Origin: Candidatus Cloacimonadota bacterium
GTDB taxonomy: Bacteria > Cloacimonadota > Cloacimonadia > Cloacimonadales > Cloacimonadaceae
Direction: 5' to 3'
DNA length: 64,000 nucleotides
Assembly: GCA_028706475.1 (NCBI GenBank)
Contig: JAQWBI010000002.1
Coordinates: 19,123 to 83,122 of the forward strand
The translations under genes and the position numbers were made by a program. Position 1 is the stretch's first letter; the number at the start of each line of letters is the position of its first letter. Shown piece after piece: positions 9,334-18,873 of the stretch. Below the pieces are notes generated by a model. That model did no database searches. It had not been told where the DNA came from and saw only the letters and a program-made list of their open reading frames with translations.

Positions 9334-9693
9334 GCGCGGGAGCTCAATAAGCCGGATTCTGTAATCCCCGGGGGGACCGATGTCTATCCCTCTGGGCCAA
9401 AACTCTCGCTTTGGCTCTAGCTGCCTACCCGGAAGCGGTGTGGGCACACCATAGCTTCCCTATTTGGCATTGCACCGGATAAGGCATTCCTGGCTGCCAC
9501 TGTCACCAATGGCACCGGTGGTCTCTTACACCACCATTTCACCCTTACACAGCGCCAAATTGGCACTGTGCGGTTTGTTTCTGTGGAGCTGCTCTGCATT
9601 GCTGCAGCTTCCCGTTAGGAAGTATCCTGCCCATGGTGTCCGGACTTTCCTCTGTGCTTTTGGGGCACAGCAGACATCTTTCACTCCCGCGGC
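9334..9693 (-). ncRNA. rnpB: RNase P RNA, bacterial type A
   Basis: The minus-strand read contains GAGGAAAGTCCGGAC (P4 5' strand, plus-strand 9638-9652), GTAAGGGTGAAA, GTGTAAGAGACCACC, TGCCAAATAGGGAAGC and ACAGAATCCGGCTTA (P4 3' strand). P1 pairs GCGGGAG (5') with CTCCCGC (3'). It fills an otherwise gene-free 420-bp gap. Confidence 0.9.
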
Positions 9694-9725
9694 TATAATA
9701 TCACAATATGTAAATGCTTTATAGT

Positions 9726-10532
9726 TCATAGATAGCGTAGCTTTTCCCGGTCGGTAACACCGGCAAACAGCTCTATATATGGTTTTATCGGGCTGATGTT
9801 GATCTTTGGGAAAAATACCTCTTCCACTTGGAAGAAGCCTACCGACGCAGACATCTCCACCTCGATCCGGATCGGTTTTTCCTCTCCTTTGTGTATCTTC
9901 ACTTTTTGGATGGCAGAGGCGGAAGTGCGATGAATATCACCGGGGCGCGCTTTTTGAGAGAGCATAGCGGGGATTCGGGCGCGACCCTTCTCCATGTCGC
10001 TGCCGTCACCGATCAGCACCAATCCGGCTTCCAAAGAGTGTATTTTATGTGTGGCCATGTGTCCGAAGATTCCTTCAATGGTGATCGAGCGTATGGCCGC
10101 CTTTATATTGTACTCATCAGCGTTGTGAATACTGCTGAGAACCCTATCGATGAATGGGGTTGCGATCTGGATGCTGAGGAATTCATGGCTGTCCCGGGCT
10201 ATGCTCATGCCAAGGTCGTGTAATAAAGATGCCAGGATCACTCCTACCAATGAATCATCAGCCGTTCCTACATGTTCTTTTTCCAGATTCATTTGAATGC
10301 CGGCGTCATTGAGCAACTGAAACATCCTGATGGCATTCAGAGTGGCTTTACGCATATGAACCGGGCCATGATCGTTGTAACCCAGTCGCTTAATCGATAC
10401 TATGTTGGCATATTCTTGCAGAGCTTGGATCTCGTGATCTTCAAAGATTATCTCGGCAACCTTCAAGGCTTTACCGGAGAGTAATCCCAAGATGCGTTTC
10501 TCAAGTTGCTGCTGTTTAACAGATTTATTCAT
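9726..10532 (-). CDS. HD-domain phosphohydrolase
   Basis: 268 aa, with H...HDLG metal-binding signature (LLHDLGMSIARDSHE). Confidence 0.7.
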   Translation of the reverse strand: MNKSVKQQQLEKRILGLLSGKALKVAEIIFEDHEIQALQEYANIVSIKRLGYNDHGPVHMRKATLNAIRMFQLLNDAGIQMNLEKEHVGTADDSLVGVILASLLHDLGMSIARDSHEFLSIQIATPFIDRVLSSIHNADEYNIKAAIRSITIEGIFGHMATHKIHSLEAGLVLIGDGSDMEKGRARIPAMLSQKARPGDIHRTSASAIQKVKIHKGEEKPIRIEVEMSASVGFFQVEEVFFPKINISPIKPYIELFAGVTDREKLRYL

Positions 10533-10549
10533 TGTTTACATTCTCCATG

Positions 10550-11002
10550 TTATTTACGCTGTATCTTCTTGATCCAGAGCTGGGTAGCAGACGCAACTAT
10601 CGCAATGGCGATCGCAATGGTTCCGGAGATCATCAGGGTGTCAAAGATCAAACCTGAGGCTTGGGCAGATTTCCCGCTTATGTAGGCACTCATCGCATAA
10701 TAAAGGCTGCGCCCTGGAACTAGGGGGATGATTACGCAGATAACGAACACCGAGACGGGAGTATTCAACAATCTGGCTACCACTTCCGAATAGATACATA
10801 CTAAGATAATTGCCAGAAACACAGAAAGCAACATCGACTTTGAGTAGTAGTGTATAATCAAATAGCTTGCCCAGCAGACAGCACCCCCCAGAGCAGTAAA
10901 GAAAACCCGCATTCCACGCAGGTTGCTACGTAGGGAAAAGCCCAATATTGCCAGAAATGCCCAGCAGAACTGCATCAAAGTAAGACTGTCGAAAGGGCGC
11001 AT
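10550..11002 (-). CDS. threonine/serine exporter family protein, small subunit (ThrE_2/YjjB-like)
   Basis: 150 aa with 4-5 TM helices, immediately downstream of a ThrE/YjjP-like gene. Confidence 0.7.
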   Translation of the reverse strand: MRPFDSLTLMQFCWAFLAILGFSLRSNLRGMRVFFTALGGAVCWASYLIIHYYSKSMLLSVFLAIILVCIYSEVVARLLNTPVSVFVICVIIPLVPGRSLYYAMSAYISGKSAQASGLIFDTLMISGTIAIAIAIVASATQLWIKKIQRK

Positions 11003-11003
11003 A

Positions 11004-11795
11004 TCAAGACCACAATTCCCATAGTTTTATCATGGCACCGCTGCCAGCAACAATGCCGATGGTGATGATGATGGCTTCCGCTCCCCGCGCTGTTCCGGCC
11101 ACCAGATCTCCGCTCATGGTATCCCTGATGGCGTTTACTATCTGCAAACCAGGCACCAGAATCATGATGCCGCCGATGATGATGTAATCCAGGCGGATAA
11201 AGGGAATGAAGATATCCATAGTTTTACTGATCAATACTATCAAAGCTGCTGCCAGGGCATTGAGCAGAAAGTTGTTTACCGGCAATCTGGAGATGTATTT
11301 CAAGCTGGCACTTACCAAAAAGCCCATGATAAAAGCTGCTGCAAATTCGCTCCAGGAACCTCCGAAGAGCAAACAAAAGAAACCGCTGGTTGAAGCGCCG
11401 CTGAGATTGGTAAGCCACATGGGGTATGTTTTTTCGGCTTGGATTCTTTGCAACTCACGAGCAAAGTATTCGCTTTTGGATAGTCCCATTAGCTCTTGAT
11501 CACAGAGTCCGCTATGAAGACAATTGACCACCCGGCTGATTTCTGTGATCTTACCCAAATCCATGCGGCGATGGTCTATACGCTTTATACTTGTGCTCAG
11601 TTCCTCATCTTTGTCGCTGATGGAAAGAAAGATGCCGGTGGGAGTTACAAAAGACTCACAATCCGGAAAACCCAAACCAATGCACACTTTGTGGATCATC
11701 AGCTCCACCCGGTTTGTGGCACCACCGCTTTCCAGGATGATGCGACCCGTTTCCAGGGCCAGTTTCATACATTGCTGCAGGCTTGTCTTTCCCAT
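11004..11795 (-). CDS. threonine/serine exporter family protein (ThrE/YjjP-like, DUF1212)
   Basis: 263 aa. Soluble N-terminal half followed by a TM bundle, with a GGATNRVE-type motif near the N-terminus. The start overlaps the stop of the MutS-related gene. Confidence 0.75.
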   Translation of the reverse strand: MGKTSLQQCMKLALETGRIILESGGATNRVELMIHKVCIGLGFPDCESFVTPTGIFLSISDKDEELSTSIKRIDHRRMDLGKITEISRVVNCLHSGLCDQELMGLSKSEYFARELQRIQAEKTYPMWLTNLSGASTSGFFCLLFGGSWSEFAAAFIMGFLVSASLKYISRLPVNNFLLNALAAALIVLISKTMDIFIPFIRLDYIIIGGIMILVPGLQIVNAIRDTMSGDLVAGTARGAEAIIITIGIVAGSGAMIKLWELWS

Positions 11796-13354
11796 TATTC
11801 TTGCTCTTTCACCAAATCCAGGATTTCTCTCGGCATACCCAGAATGGAGGCTATCCTGATGGCGTCCATCGGAGGTTTTCGGTTTGCTTTCAAATGCACC
11901 AGGCTGTAGTCCATAGCTTGAGAAAGCTTACGCAGGCGCTCGTTCAGATCCTCGCACATACTTTGTTCGGCATCGGCATCAATGCCCTTGATCTGATATT
12001 GTCGGATTCCTCTTAACAGGGCAGGAGCAGTGAAGTGGGTGGCAGCAATGGTGGTATGTCTGCTGTTCGATAGATACGTAATAACTGCAGCAGCAAGAGC
12101 TTCACCTTCCCGGGGATTGGTTCCTTTGGCAAATTCATCCAGAAGGAACAATCCGCGTCCTTCCTTGTTCAGAGCGCTGCAGAATGCCACCAGTTCATAG
12201 CCGAAAGAAGAGAGGTCTTCAGCTTCTGAGGCATGGTTGTAATATACGAAATCATAGATGGGCAGTGTAGCTTGTTCTGCAGGCAGGGGGATGGCAAAAC
12301 GCAGTAAAATGGCGCATTGAGCCAGACATTTCAGGATGCTGGTTTTCCCACCCATATTTGGTCCGGTGATCAGGTTTGCATTGGTGGAAAAATCCAGGTT
12401 CAACTTTTGATAACTGCGTTTACGGCTAAGGACTGCCAGTTCCAAAGGCAGATTACGGGCTTGCTTTAGGGAGATGTGATCCGATATTTTGGGAATGCAA
12501 CAGCGGTATCGGCGAGCAAAAGCAGCCAGAGAGAAATCCCATCCCAGTTCTTTTACGCTAGCAAGAGCACGCTTTAATAAATCATATTGCTGCGATACTT
12601 CTTCTCCCAAGCGTTTCAATATGCTGTATTCCTCACTTTCGATCTCTTTTGCCAATGCTGCGAGTTCTTTCTTGATGCCGTTTGTTTCCGGATTGTCCGC
12701 CAAAATAAAGATCAAGTTGCTGATGCTTTCGCGACTTAGCGTGAAGTAGATGCTGTTTTGGATTTTTAGGATCAGATTCTGCTGATTGCGGGAGAGCACA
12801 AACTCGTCTTTTAAGTTGTCTATACCCAGTTTACTTTGGGCTTCATTCAAGAATTCTTTGCGGCTGTGTTTCAGCCTTCTGTTCAGCTCATTCCTGCGCT
12901 TGACCATATTCTGCAGGGCTTTACTATACAACGGGGATAACCGGAAAGAGGGGATTCTGCCGCCTTCAGGATCCAAAAGCACAAAAAGTCCTTCCAAATC
13001 CGGCAGATCATAAGCAGCAATTTTGTGGGACTCAGCATACTTTTTGAGGGCGTCGTAATGATAGATGAAGCTCTTTAGCTCGTAAAGCTCGTGGATGGCA
13101 GGATTACCTTTTTTGAATATGGAAAGATTAAAATCCATAAAATGAGCCAGCAGATTGTTCCATTTCGCTTCAGAATCGTGACTAAGCTCCGCTATGAAGC
13201 ATTCCCGTCTCCGGTATGCCTCAATGATCTCGAGAGGTTCATGGTATACGGAGCTCAGTTTTTGACGTTTTACCGCTTCAAAGAAATCACCGGGAACTGA
13301 GATCAATTCATAAATCTTATCCAGCCCCAAGAGCCGGTTCTGCTGTTTATTCAT
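11795..13354 (-). CDS. MutS-related ATPase (MutS domain V only; no mismatch-binding or Smr domain)
   Basis: GPNMGGKTS Walker A, LFLLDEFAKGTNPREG Walker B and SSFGYEL (the MutS 'ST-F..E' motif). Start moved from 13612 to the ATG at 13352-13354 (MNKQQNRLLGL...), because the longer ORF reads through repeat module A copy 2. Confidence 0.8.
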   Translation of the reverse strand: MNKQQNRLLGLDKIYELISVPGDFFEAVKRQKLSSVYHEPLEIIEAYRRRECFIAELSHDSEAKWNNLLAHFMDFNLSIFKKGNPAIHELYELKSFIYHYDALKKYAESHKIAAYDLPDLEGLFVLLDPEGGRIPSFRLSPLYSKALQNMVKRRNELNRRLKHSRKEFLNEAQSKLGIDNLKDEFVLSRNQQNLILKIQNSIYFTLSRESISNLIFILADNPETNGIKKELAALAKEIESEEYSILKRLGEEVSQQYDLLKRALASVKELGWDFSLAAFARRYRCCIPKISDHISLKQARNLPLELAVLSRKRSYQKLNLDFSTNANLITGPNMGGKTSILKCLAQCAILLRFAIPLPAEQATLPIYDFVYYNHASEAEDLSSFGYELVAFCSALNKEGRGLFLLDEFAKGTNPREGEALAAAVITYLSNSRHTTIAATHFTAPALLRGIRQYQIKGIDADAEQSMCEDLNERLRKLSQAMDYSLVHLKANRKPPMDAIRIASILGMPREILDLVKEQE

Positions 13355-13465
13355 CTTTCTTTTCAATCCTTTGTTGCATTTTTGGATATTGCCGCTTGGT
13401 GTCAAGGTAAAAAGGAATTTGTGGACAGGAACAAGCATCGAGACGACTCTTAAACCAAAGCTATG

Positions 13466-13531
13466 CCGAAGCTGATATAAAGGTGTTGTGATCCTGTGTT
13501 CACTCGATGATAACTCGATAATATCAGGTTC
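13466..13531 (+). repeat. module A palindromic repeat, copy 2 (left arm degenerate)
   Basis: CCGAAGCTGATATAAAGGTGTTGTGATCCTGTG-TT-CACTCGATGATAACTCGATAATATCAGGTTC. Confidence 0.8.
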
Positions 13532-13767
13532 AAGTATAGATAGCGCAGAGGAGGAAAGAAGAAGAAAACTGGCTGAACTGTGCCGGTGCTCGCTGTAGCG
13601 CTGAAATTGCATGAGTATAACATCGCTTACACATTAATAAAGGCGGAACGGCGTCCGCCTGTAATGTACTCATATACCTTTTCTTTCAGAAAAAGAACCA
13701 ACCAGACCATCGACTCAACTACGGCTTATGATCCTTTTGGATAATAATCGTGAGGCAACTGAATTGC

Positions 13768-13795
13768 TTGACAAAAAACAGCTTAGGTATATATT
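13768..13795 (+). promoter_or_regulatory. sigma70-like promoter for the DUF47-PiT operon
   Basis: TTGACA (13768-13773), 16-nt spacer, TATATT (13790-13795), 36 nt upstream of the ATG at 13831. Confidence 0.5.
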
Positions 13796-13830
13796 GCAAT
13801 ATAGATGAAATTGTTATAGAAGGTGAGATC

Positions 13831-14475
13831 ATGGCCCTGCTACTAAAAACCACCCGATTCGTAGAATCTCAGATAGATACTTTTCTGGACATCGTTAGTG
13901 ATTCCGCGACTACTTTTCAACTGGCTGTGGAGGACTATCTGGAGGGACGCACACAGCAGTTTGAAGAGCGCTTGACGCAGATTTGCGATTATGAGCATCG
14001 CGCAGATGACTTGAGAGTAAGTATCGAACGATTCCTGTATGAACGTACCCTGATTCCAGAGAACAGGGGGGATGTGTTGGCAATCTTGGAAAACACCGAT
14101 GAAGTGATAGACAACATCAAGGATTCCCTGTTGCAGTTTTCCATTGAGCTTCCTCATATTCCCTCTGAATTGAACGATTTGTGGATGCAGACCACCAGAG
14201 CTTCAGTGGCAGCGGTGGAGCAACTGGTGTATGCAGTGAGGTCGTTTTTCCGGGATCTTTCAGCAGTGAACAATTACATTCACAAAGTCTATTTCTTCGA
14301 GCGTGAGGCGGATCACATCGGAGAGCGTTTGCGCCGGCAGATATTTGGCATGGAAATCGAACTATCCCGCAAGAGTCAATTGCGTTTCTTTGCCATTCAC
14401 ATCGAAAAGATCTCTGACGCTGCCCAGAATGTGTGTGACCGGCTATCCATCTACACTATTAAACGGCAGTTGTAA
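13831..14475 (+). CDS. DUF47 / PhoU-like phosphate-transport regulator (TIGR00153 type)
   Basis: Start moved to the ATG at 13831 (RBS AGGTGAG 6 nt upstream). About 214 aa, helical, and paired with a PiT transporter as is typical for this family. Confidence 0.8.
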   Translation: MALLLKTTRFVESQIDTFLDIVSDSATTFQLAVEDYLEGRTQQFEERLTQICDYEHRADDLRVSIERFLYERTLIPENRGDVLAILENTDEVIDNIKDSLLQFSIELPHIPSELNDLWMQTTRASVAAVEQLVYAVRSFFRDLSAVNNYIHKVYFFEREADHIGERLRRQIFGMEIELSRKSQLRFFAIHIEKISDAAQNVCDRLSIYTIKRQL

Positions 14476-14481
14476 GCCAGC

Positions 14482-15978
14482 ATGTTCTTTTTCTACCTGC
14501 TAAGCGGACTTTTCTTGGGTTGGTCGCTGGGAGCTAACGATACCGGCAACATCTTCGGTGCTGCAGTGGAAACCCGCATGCTGAAATTCAAGAAAGCTGC
14601 TCTTATTGCTGCAATCTTCATTACTTTGGGAGCAGTGTTTGAGGGCAGTGGACCATCGAATACTCTGGGCAGATTGGGCTCTATGGATGCCCTGGGCGGG
14701 GCGTTTACAGTGGCCTTGGCAGCAGCTTTGACCATTACGCTGATCGTGCGCATCGGCATTCCGGTATCTACATCTCAAACCATTGTGGGAGCGATCATCG
14801 GCTGGAATCTGTTTACGGGCAGGCTCACAGATTATTCGTCGCTCATTACCATCGCTTCATCCTGGGTGATGGCCTTTGTGCTTTCAGCGAGTATCGCCGC
14901 TATCCTGTTCCATCTGGTAAAGCCCATTATAAACAGATCGCGCACGCATTTGCTGGTACAGGATCTCATGATCCGTTATGCCCTGATCGTAGTAGGTGCA
15001 TTTGGCGCTTATTCTTTGGGGGCGAACAACATCGCGAACGTAGTGGGAGTATTTGTTCCGGTGTCTCCCTTCAAGGATCTGGTGCTGAGCAGCAAGATAA
15101 CAATCTCGGGACTGCAGCAACTATATCTTTTGGGCGCATTGTCTATAGTGGTGGGAATCTACACCTACTCTCACAAAGTGATGCGAACAGTGGGCAAGGA
15201 TCTCTTTCATCTGTCTCCGATCACAGCCTTGGTTGCTCTTAGTGCGGAAGCTATTGTGTTGTTCATTTTTGCATCCCGCGGACTCTACAATATTCTCTTG
15301 AACAGCGGCTTACCCACCATTCCTCTGGTTCCGGTATCGTCCACGCAAGTGATTGTGGGCGCTGTTGTGGGTATCGGTTTAGCCAAGGGCGGAAAAAACA
15401 TCCGTTACAACATCCTGGGGCGAATTTCTTTGGCCTGGATTGCGGCTCCGGTTTTGGCGGCGCTCATCAGCTTTATTCTGCTCTTCATCATTCAAAATGT
15501 CTTTGAACAAAAAGTGTATCAGGATACGCGCTATATATTTGATCGAAAATCTATTACCAAGATTTCTGAAGAAGGCTTCGATATTTCTTGCTTATCAACT
15601 GTGAACGGCAGGACATTTACTACTGAACGAGAGATCTACCAGGAGTTGAGTGCACAGCGCAGCCTGGGAAGAGACGAGATTATTCGCATCATCCGGTTGG
15701 CAGAGATCCATCGGTTAAAAGTGGATTATGACAAACTGATGGCAACTGGTATGGATAAAAGCTTCAGTACTGCACAACTGGCCCGCCTGGAGGCCATCAA
15801 TGAACGCACATACAATCACAAGTGGCAACTGGATGCAGATCTGGCACAAGAGCAGGAATTTGAGTATTACGAAGAAGCTGCGTCTGAGAGAGAAAAAAAC
15901 CACAACCAGATATTGGAAGGTAAACTGAATATATTGTACAGGGCTTTTGCCATAGAAGATAAAAGCAAGAAGAGATGA
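14482..15978 (+). CDS. inorganic phosphate transporter, PiT (PHO4) family, with a soluble C-terminal extension of about 160 aa
   Basis: GANDTGN at the N-terminus and GANNIANVVG in the second half are the duplicated PiT signature. TM helices end near aa 337; the rest is charged and helical. Confidence 0.85.
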   Translation: MFFFYLLSGLFLGWSLGANDTGNIFGAAVETRMLKFKKAALIAAIFITLGAVFEGSGPSNTLGRLGSMDALGGAFTVALAAALTITLIVRIGIPVSTSQTIVGAIIGWNLFTGRLTDYSSLITIASSWVMAFVLSASIAAILFHLVKPIINRSRTHLLVQDLMIRYALIVVGAFGAYSLGANNIANVVGVFVPVSPFKDLVLSSKITISGLQQLYLLGALSIVVGIYTYSHKVMRTVGKDLFHLSPITALVALSAEAIVLFIFASRGLYNILLNSGLPTIPLVPVSSTQVIVGAVVGIGLAKGGKNIRYNILGRISLAWIAAPVLAALISFILLFIIQNVFEQKVYQDTRYIFDRKSITKISEEGFDISCLSTVNGRTFTTEREIYQELSAQRSLGRDEIIRIIRLAEIHRLKVDYDKLMATGMDKSFSTAQLARLEAINERTYNHKWQLDADLAQEQEFEYYEEAASEREKNHNQILEGKLNILYRAFAIEDKSKKR

Positions 15979-16877
15979 ATCCATTTGTAGAAAAGATAGT
16001 TCCGCTGATAGTAGCATTCTTTGTGGGAGTGAGCGTCAAGAAACTGCGAATGTTGAGCAAAGATGATGCCCCCATCCTGCTTAAATTTGTATTGAACATC
16101 AGTCTGCCAGCCCTTACTATCCTGGCAATATACAATGTTCAGGTAAGTGCAGAGATGTTATTCATCCCTGTCTTTGCCATGATAGTGGTGATGGTGATGT
16201 ACATGGTATCCACTCTGGCAAACAAGGCAATGCAGCTTCCCAGACCGATGTTCGGAAGCTTTTTGGTGGGCACGATGATAATGAATACCGCCTATGCTCT
16301 ACCCCTCTTTCATGCAGCTTTTGGCGATGAGGGTCTGGCCAGGGCGTCGCTGTTTGACATCGGCAACACCTTCATGATATTCACGTTTACCTATTTTAAC
16401 GCCATCAAATATGGTGACAATGCCCATACCGACAAAATTGCCTGGGGTAAATTCCTGAAGCTTCCGCCACTCTATGCCATGCTGATTGCTTTGCTGATAA
16501 AAGTCCTGGGATTCAAACTAAATCCGGTGTCAGTGAATGTTTTGAACCTGATTGGGCAGCCAACTACAACTTTGGTAATGATTGCCTTGGGTTTGTACTT
16601 TGCACCTCGCAGAAAGAACATTGGCAAAGCATTTTTGGCGATCTTCATCCGCATGGGTTTGGGATTGGGAATCGGTTGGCTTCTGGCTTTAATCTTTGGA
16701 TTGCAAGAGCTTACCGCTACTACAGTGATCGTGTGTTCGGCACTTCCGATTGGTTTTAACACTTTGATTTTTGCGAATCTGGAGAACATGGATCGGGAGT
16801 TTGCTGCAACGATGGTGAGCTTTTCAATAATAATAGCGCTGTTTTATGTGCCATTATTGATATATTGGTTCGGTTGA
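15975..16877 (+). CDS. AEC (auxin efflux carrier) family transporter
   Basis: 300 aa, about 10 TM helices, with family-typical N- and C-terminal repeats. ATGA overlap with the PiT gene. Confidence 0.75.
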   Translation: MNPFVEKIVPLIVAFFVGVSVKKLRMLSKDDAPILLKFVLNISLPALTILAIYNVQVSAEMLFIPVFAMIVVMVMYMVSTLANKAMQLPRPMFGSFLVGTMIMNTAYALPLFHAAFGDEGLARASLFDIGNTFMIFTFTYFNAIKYGDNAHTDKIAWGKFLKLPPLYAMLIALLIKVLGFKLNPVSVNVLNLIGQPTTTLVMIALGLYFAPRRKNIGKAFLAIFIRMGLGLGIGWLLALIFGLQELTATTVIVCSALPIGFNTLIFANLENMDREFAATMVSFSIIIALFYVPLLIYWFG

Positions 16878-16889
16878 TACAGGAAGGAT

Positions 16890-17567
16890 CTAACTTTTTG
16901 CCTTATGCTTGATCTGGGCAGTGCTATCACGGATGTATAGTGGTTCCAGATCAGCTAAGTCTTTGCCTTGATATATCTTTGGGTGGGTGTACTGCTCCAG
17001 TTCAAAGAGTAGTTCCGCTTTGGGATGATGGAGATAGACCGGGGCAATGAAGGCTTCGATGTTTGCAGATTGAAGGACTGAGGCCACCGCTCCAGTTCCG
17101 CTGCCGGTGAGGATATAATCCTGGATCTTATAATTGACAATATCCCCCGGTGAGATCACACAGGGGGGAATGGTGGGCTGCAACCGTTCATCGAATCCCG
17201 CCAAGTATACTTCTTTCATTTTGGCATCGATCAGGCTCAGTATATTCTTTCCGCTGATAACGCAAGGCAGAGCGGTTAATTCCAAAGAGCTGAAAGCGAG
17301 TACCCGGAGATTGTGGGCAAAAGCAATACCTTTTGCTGTGGAAAGGCCTATACGCAGTCCGGTAAATGATCCCGGACCAAGACAGACATATATCTCCTCG
17401 ATGTCTTGAGGCTGGTAACCGCACAATTTCATCGCAGCATCCAATACGGGCATCAGGGTCTCGCTGTGAGTGATGCGGATATCAAAGAAAGCGCTATATA
17501 AAATGCGTTCCTTATCGCTGAGGGCGATGGATCCGGAGCTCTGAGAGCAGTCTAATGCTAGTTTCAA
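16890..17567 (-). CDS. tsaB: tRNA t6A37 biosynthesis protein TsaB (YeaZ)
   Basis: 225 aa. N-terminal ALDCS.....IAL and GPGSFTGLRIG motif. Confidence 0.85.
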   Translation of the reverse strand: MKLALDCSQSSGSIALSDKERILYSAFFDIRITHSETLMPVLDAAMKLCGYQPQDIEEIYVCLGPGSFTGLRIGLSTAKGIAFAHNLRVLAFSSLELTALPCVISGKNILSLIDAKMKEVYLAGFDERLQPTIPPCVISPGDIVNYKIQDYILTGSGTGAVASVLQSANIEAFIAPVYLHHPKAELLFELEQYTHPKIYQGKDLADLEPLYIRDSTAQIKHKAKS

Positions 17568-18016
17568 TTTCCCTTGCTGATAAACTCGTCGTATAGTATT
17601 TCAAAATGCAGCTTGTGTTTGGCTTCATCGGAGGCCAATCTGCGAAAGAGAGTGGATATTTCCTCATCGGTGAACTTCAGGCTCATCTCGGAGTATAGCT
17701 TGAAAGAGCTTTCTTCGCGCTTCATAGCTTGGATGAGGATGCTTTGGTAGCTCAGTTCCTTTTCATCCGGTTCTTTTACTAAGTATTCGCTGATCTTCAG
17801 GTTTCTGGTTTTTTGGATATCTTCGGCTTTCACGCCCTTTTTACGAATGCTCTCAATAACCACTATATGCCCCATCTCCATCTGTTCCAGTTCCTTGAGC
17901 ATCTCCTTTTGATCGGCAAATTTGCTTTGTTGTTGCAGTTTTCTATAGAATGATACTGCTGCTTGCTCGCGTTCAACGGCAAAATCCAAGATTTCATTGA
18001 ATTCAGGGATTGTCAT
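17564..18016 (-). CDS. ferritin-like / rubrerythrin-family diiron domain protein
   Basis: 150 aa, helical, with ExxH pairs (EQMEMGH, DEAKHKLH). First gene of an oxidative-stress cluster. Confidence 0.6.
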   Translation of the reverse strand: MTIPEFNEILDFAVEREQAAVSFYRKLQQQSKFADQKEMLKELEQMEMGHIVVIESIRKKGVKAEDIQKTRNLKISEYLVKEPDEKELSYQSILIQAMKREESSFKLYSEMSLKFTDEEISTLFRRLASDEAKHKLHFEILYDEFISKGN

Positions 18017-18044
18017 AACTCCTCGACATAGGACCAGGAAGGAT

Positions 18045-18082
18045 TAATAAGCAAATGCCGGGAAGGTTGTTAGCTTCCCGGC
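18045..18082 (-). terminator. intrinsic terminator after the rubredoxin gene
   Basis: GCCGGGAAG (18057-18065) pairs with CTTCCCGGC (18074-18082) around an 8-nt loop. A T-rich tract follows on the minus strand. Confidence 0.55.
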
Positions 18083-18095
18083 GTTAAAGGATCTG

Positions 18096-18236
18096 TTAAT
18101 CAAGTGGTTCGAACATGTCTTTACTGACACCGCATTCTGGGCAAACAAAATCTTCAGGAAGTTGTTCAAACGGTATGTTGTCGTTCTCAGCGGGATCGTA
18201 AATCCAGCCACAGGCGATGCATTGATACTTTTGCAT
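18096..18236 (-). CDS. rd: rubredoxin
   Basis: Below the ORF-track size cutoff. Own translation: [46 protein letters not shown] (46 aa). It has the CxxCG...CPxCG iron site and a GGAGGA RBS upstream. Confidence 0.9.
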   Translation of the reverse strand: MQKYQCIACGWIYDPAENDNIPFEQLPEDFVCPECGVSKDMFEPLD

Positions 18237-18252
18237 TGATATCCTCCAGGAT

Positions 18253-18849
18253 TTAGTATGTCTCTATATGTAGTTCAAAATATGCTTGCGGGTGATTACA
18301 CACGGGACACACCTTGGGAGCTGTATCCCCTTCATGAATATAACCGCAATTTAGACATTTCCAAAATACTTTATCGTCCTTCTTGAACACTTTCAGGTTT
18401 TTCACGTTATTATAGAGTATTCGGAAGCGCTTCTCGTGTTCTTTCTCAACTTTAGATACCATCCTCCAAGATAGGGCGATATCTTTGTAGCCTTCTTCCT
18501 CGGCGATGTCTGCAAACATGGGATAGAGCTCGGTCCATTCTTCGTTTTCACCCTTGGCGGCATAATCCAGATTCTTGATCGTGCCTTCTTCGGTCTCGCT
18601 CCAGCCCACGGGATATGAGGCGGTGATGTTGATCATCTCGCCTTCAATGCCGTTTTTTAACAAGTGGCGGAAGAATACTTTGGCATGTTCTTTTTCGTTT
18701 AAAGCTGTTTCCACAAAGATATTGGAAATTTGTTCAAAGCCTTCTTTCTTTGCAGTCTTGGCAGAGTACTCATAGCGCATTCTGGCTTGACACTCTCCAG
18801 CAAATGATTTCATTAGGTTTTCTGCAGTTCTGCTATCTTTAAAGGACAT
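18253..18849 (-). CDS. rbr: rubrerythrin
   Basis: 198 aa. N-terminal diiron four-helix bundle ([35 protein letters not shown]) plus a C-terminal rubredoxin-like CxxC...CPVC domain. Confidence 0.9.
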   Translation of the reverse strand: MSFKDSRTAENLMKSFAGECQARMRYEYSAKTAKKEGFEQISNIFVETALNEKEHAKVFFRHLLKNGIEGEMINITASYPVGWSETEEGTIKNLDYAAKGENEEWTELYPMFADIAEEEGYKDIALSWRMVSKVEKEHEKRFRILYNNVKNLKVFKKDDKVFWKCLNCGYIHEGDTAPKVCPVCNHPQAYFELHIETY

Positions 18850-18873
18850 TTATCTACCTCCAGGTGTTTCTTT

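Noticed and set aside
9417-9729. Three 60-86-aa ORFs (9417-9599, 9464-9724, 9526-9729).
   Set aside because: They lie entirely within the RNase P RNA gene.
13355-13612. 86-codon N-terminal extension of the MutS-related ORF (track start 13612).
   Set aside because: The extension is translated from repeat module A copy 2 and low-complexity sequence. The family-like sequence begins at the internal ATG at 13354.
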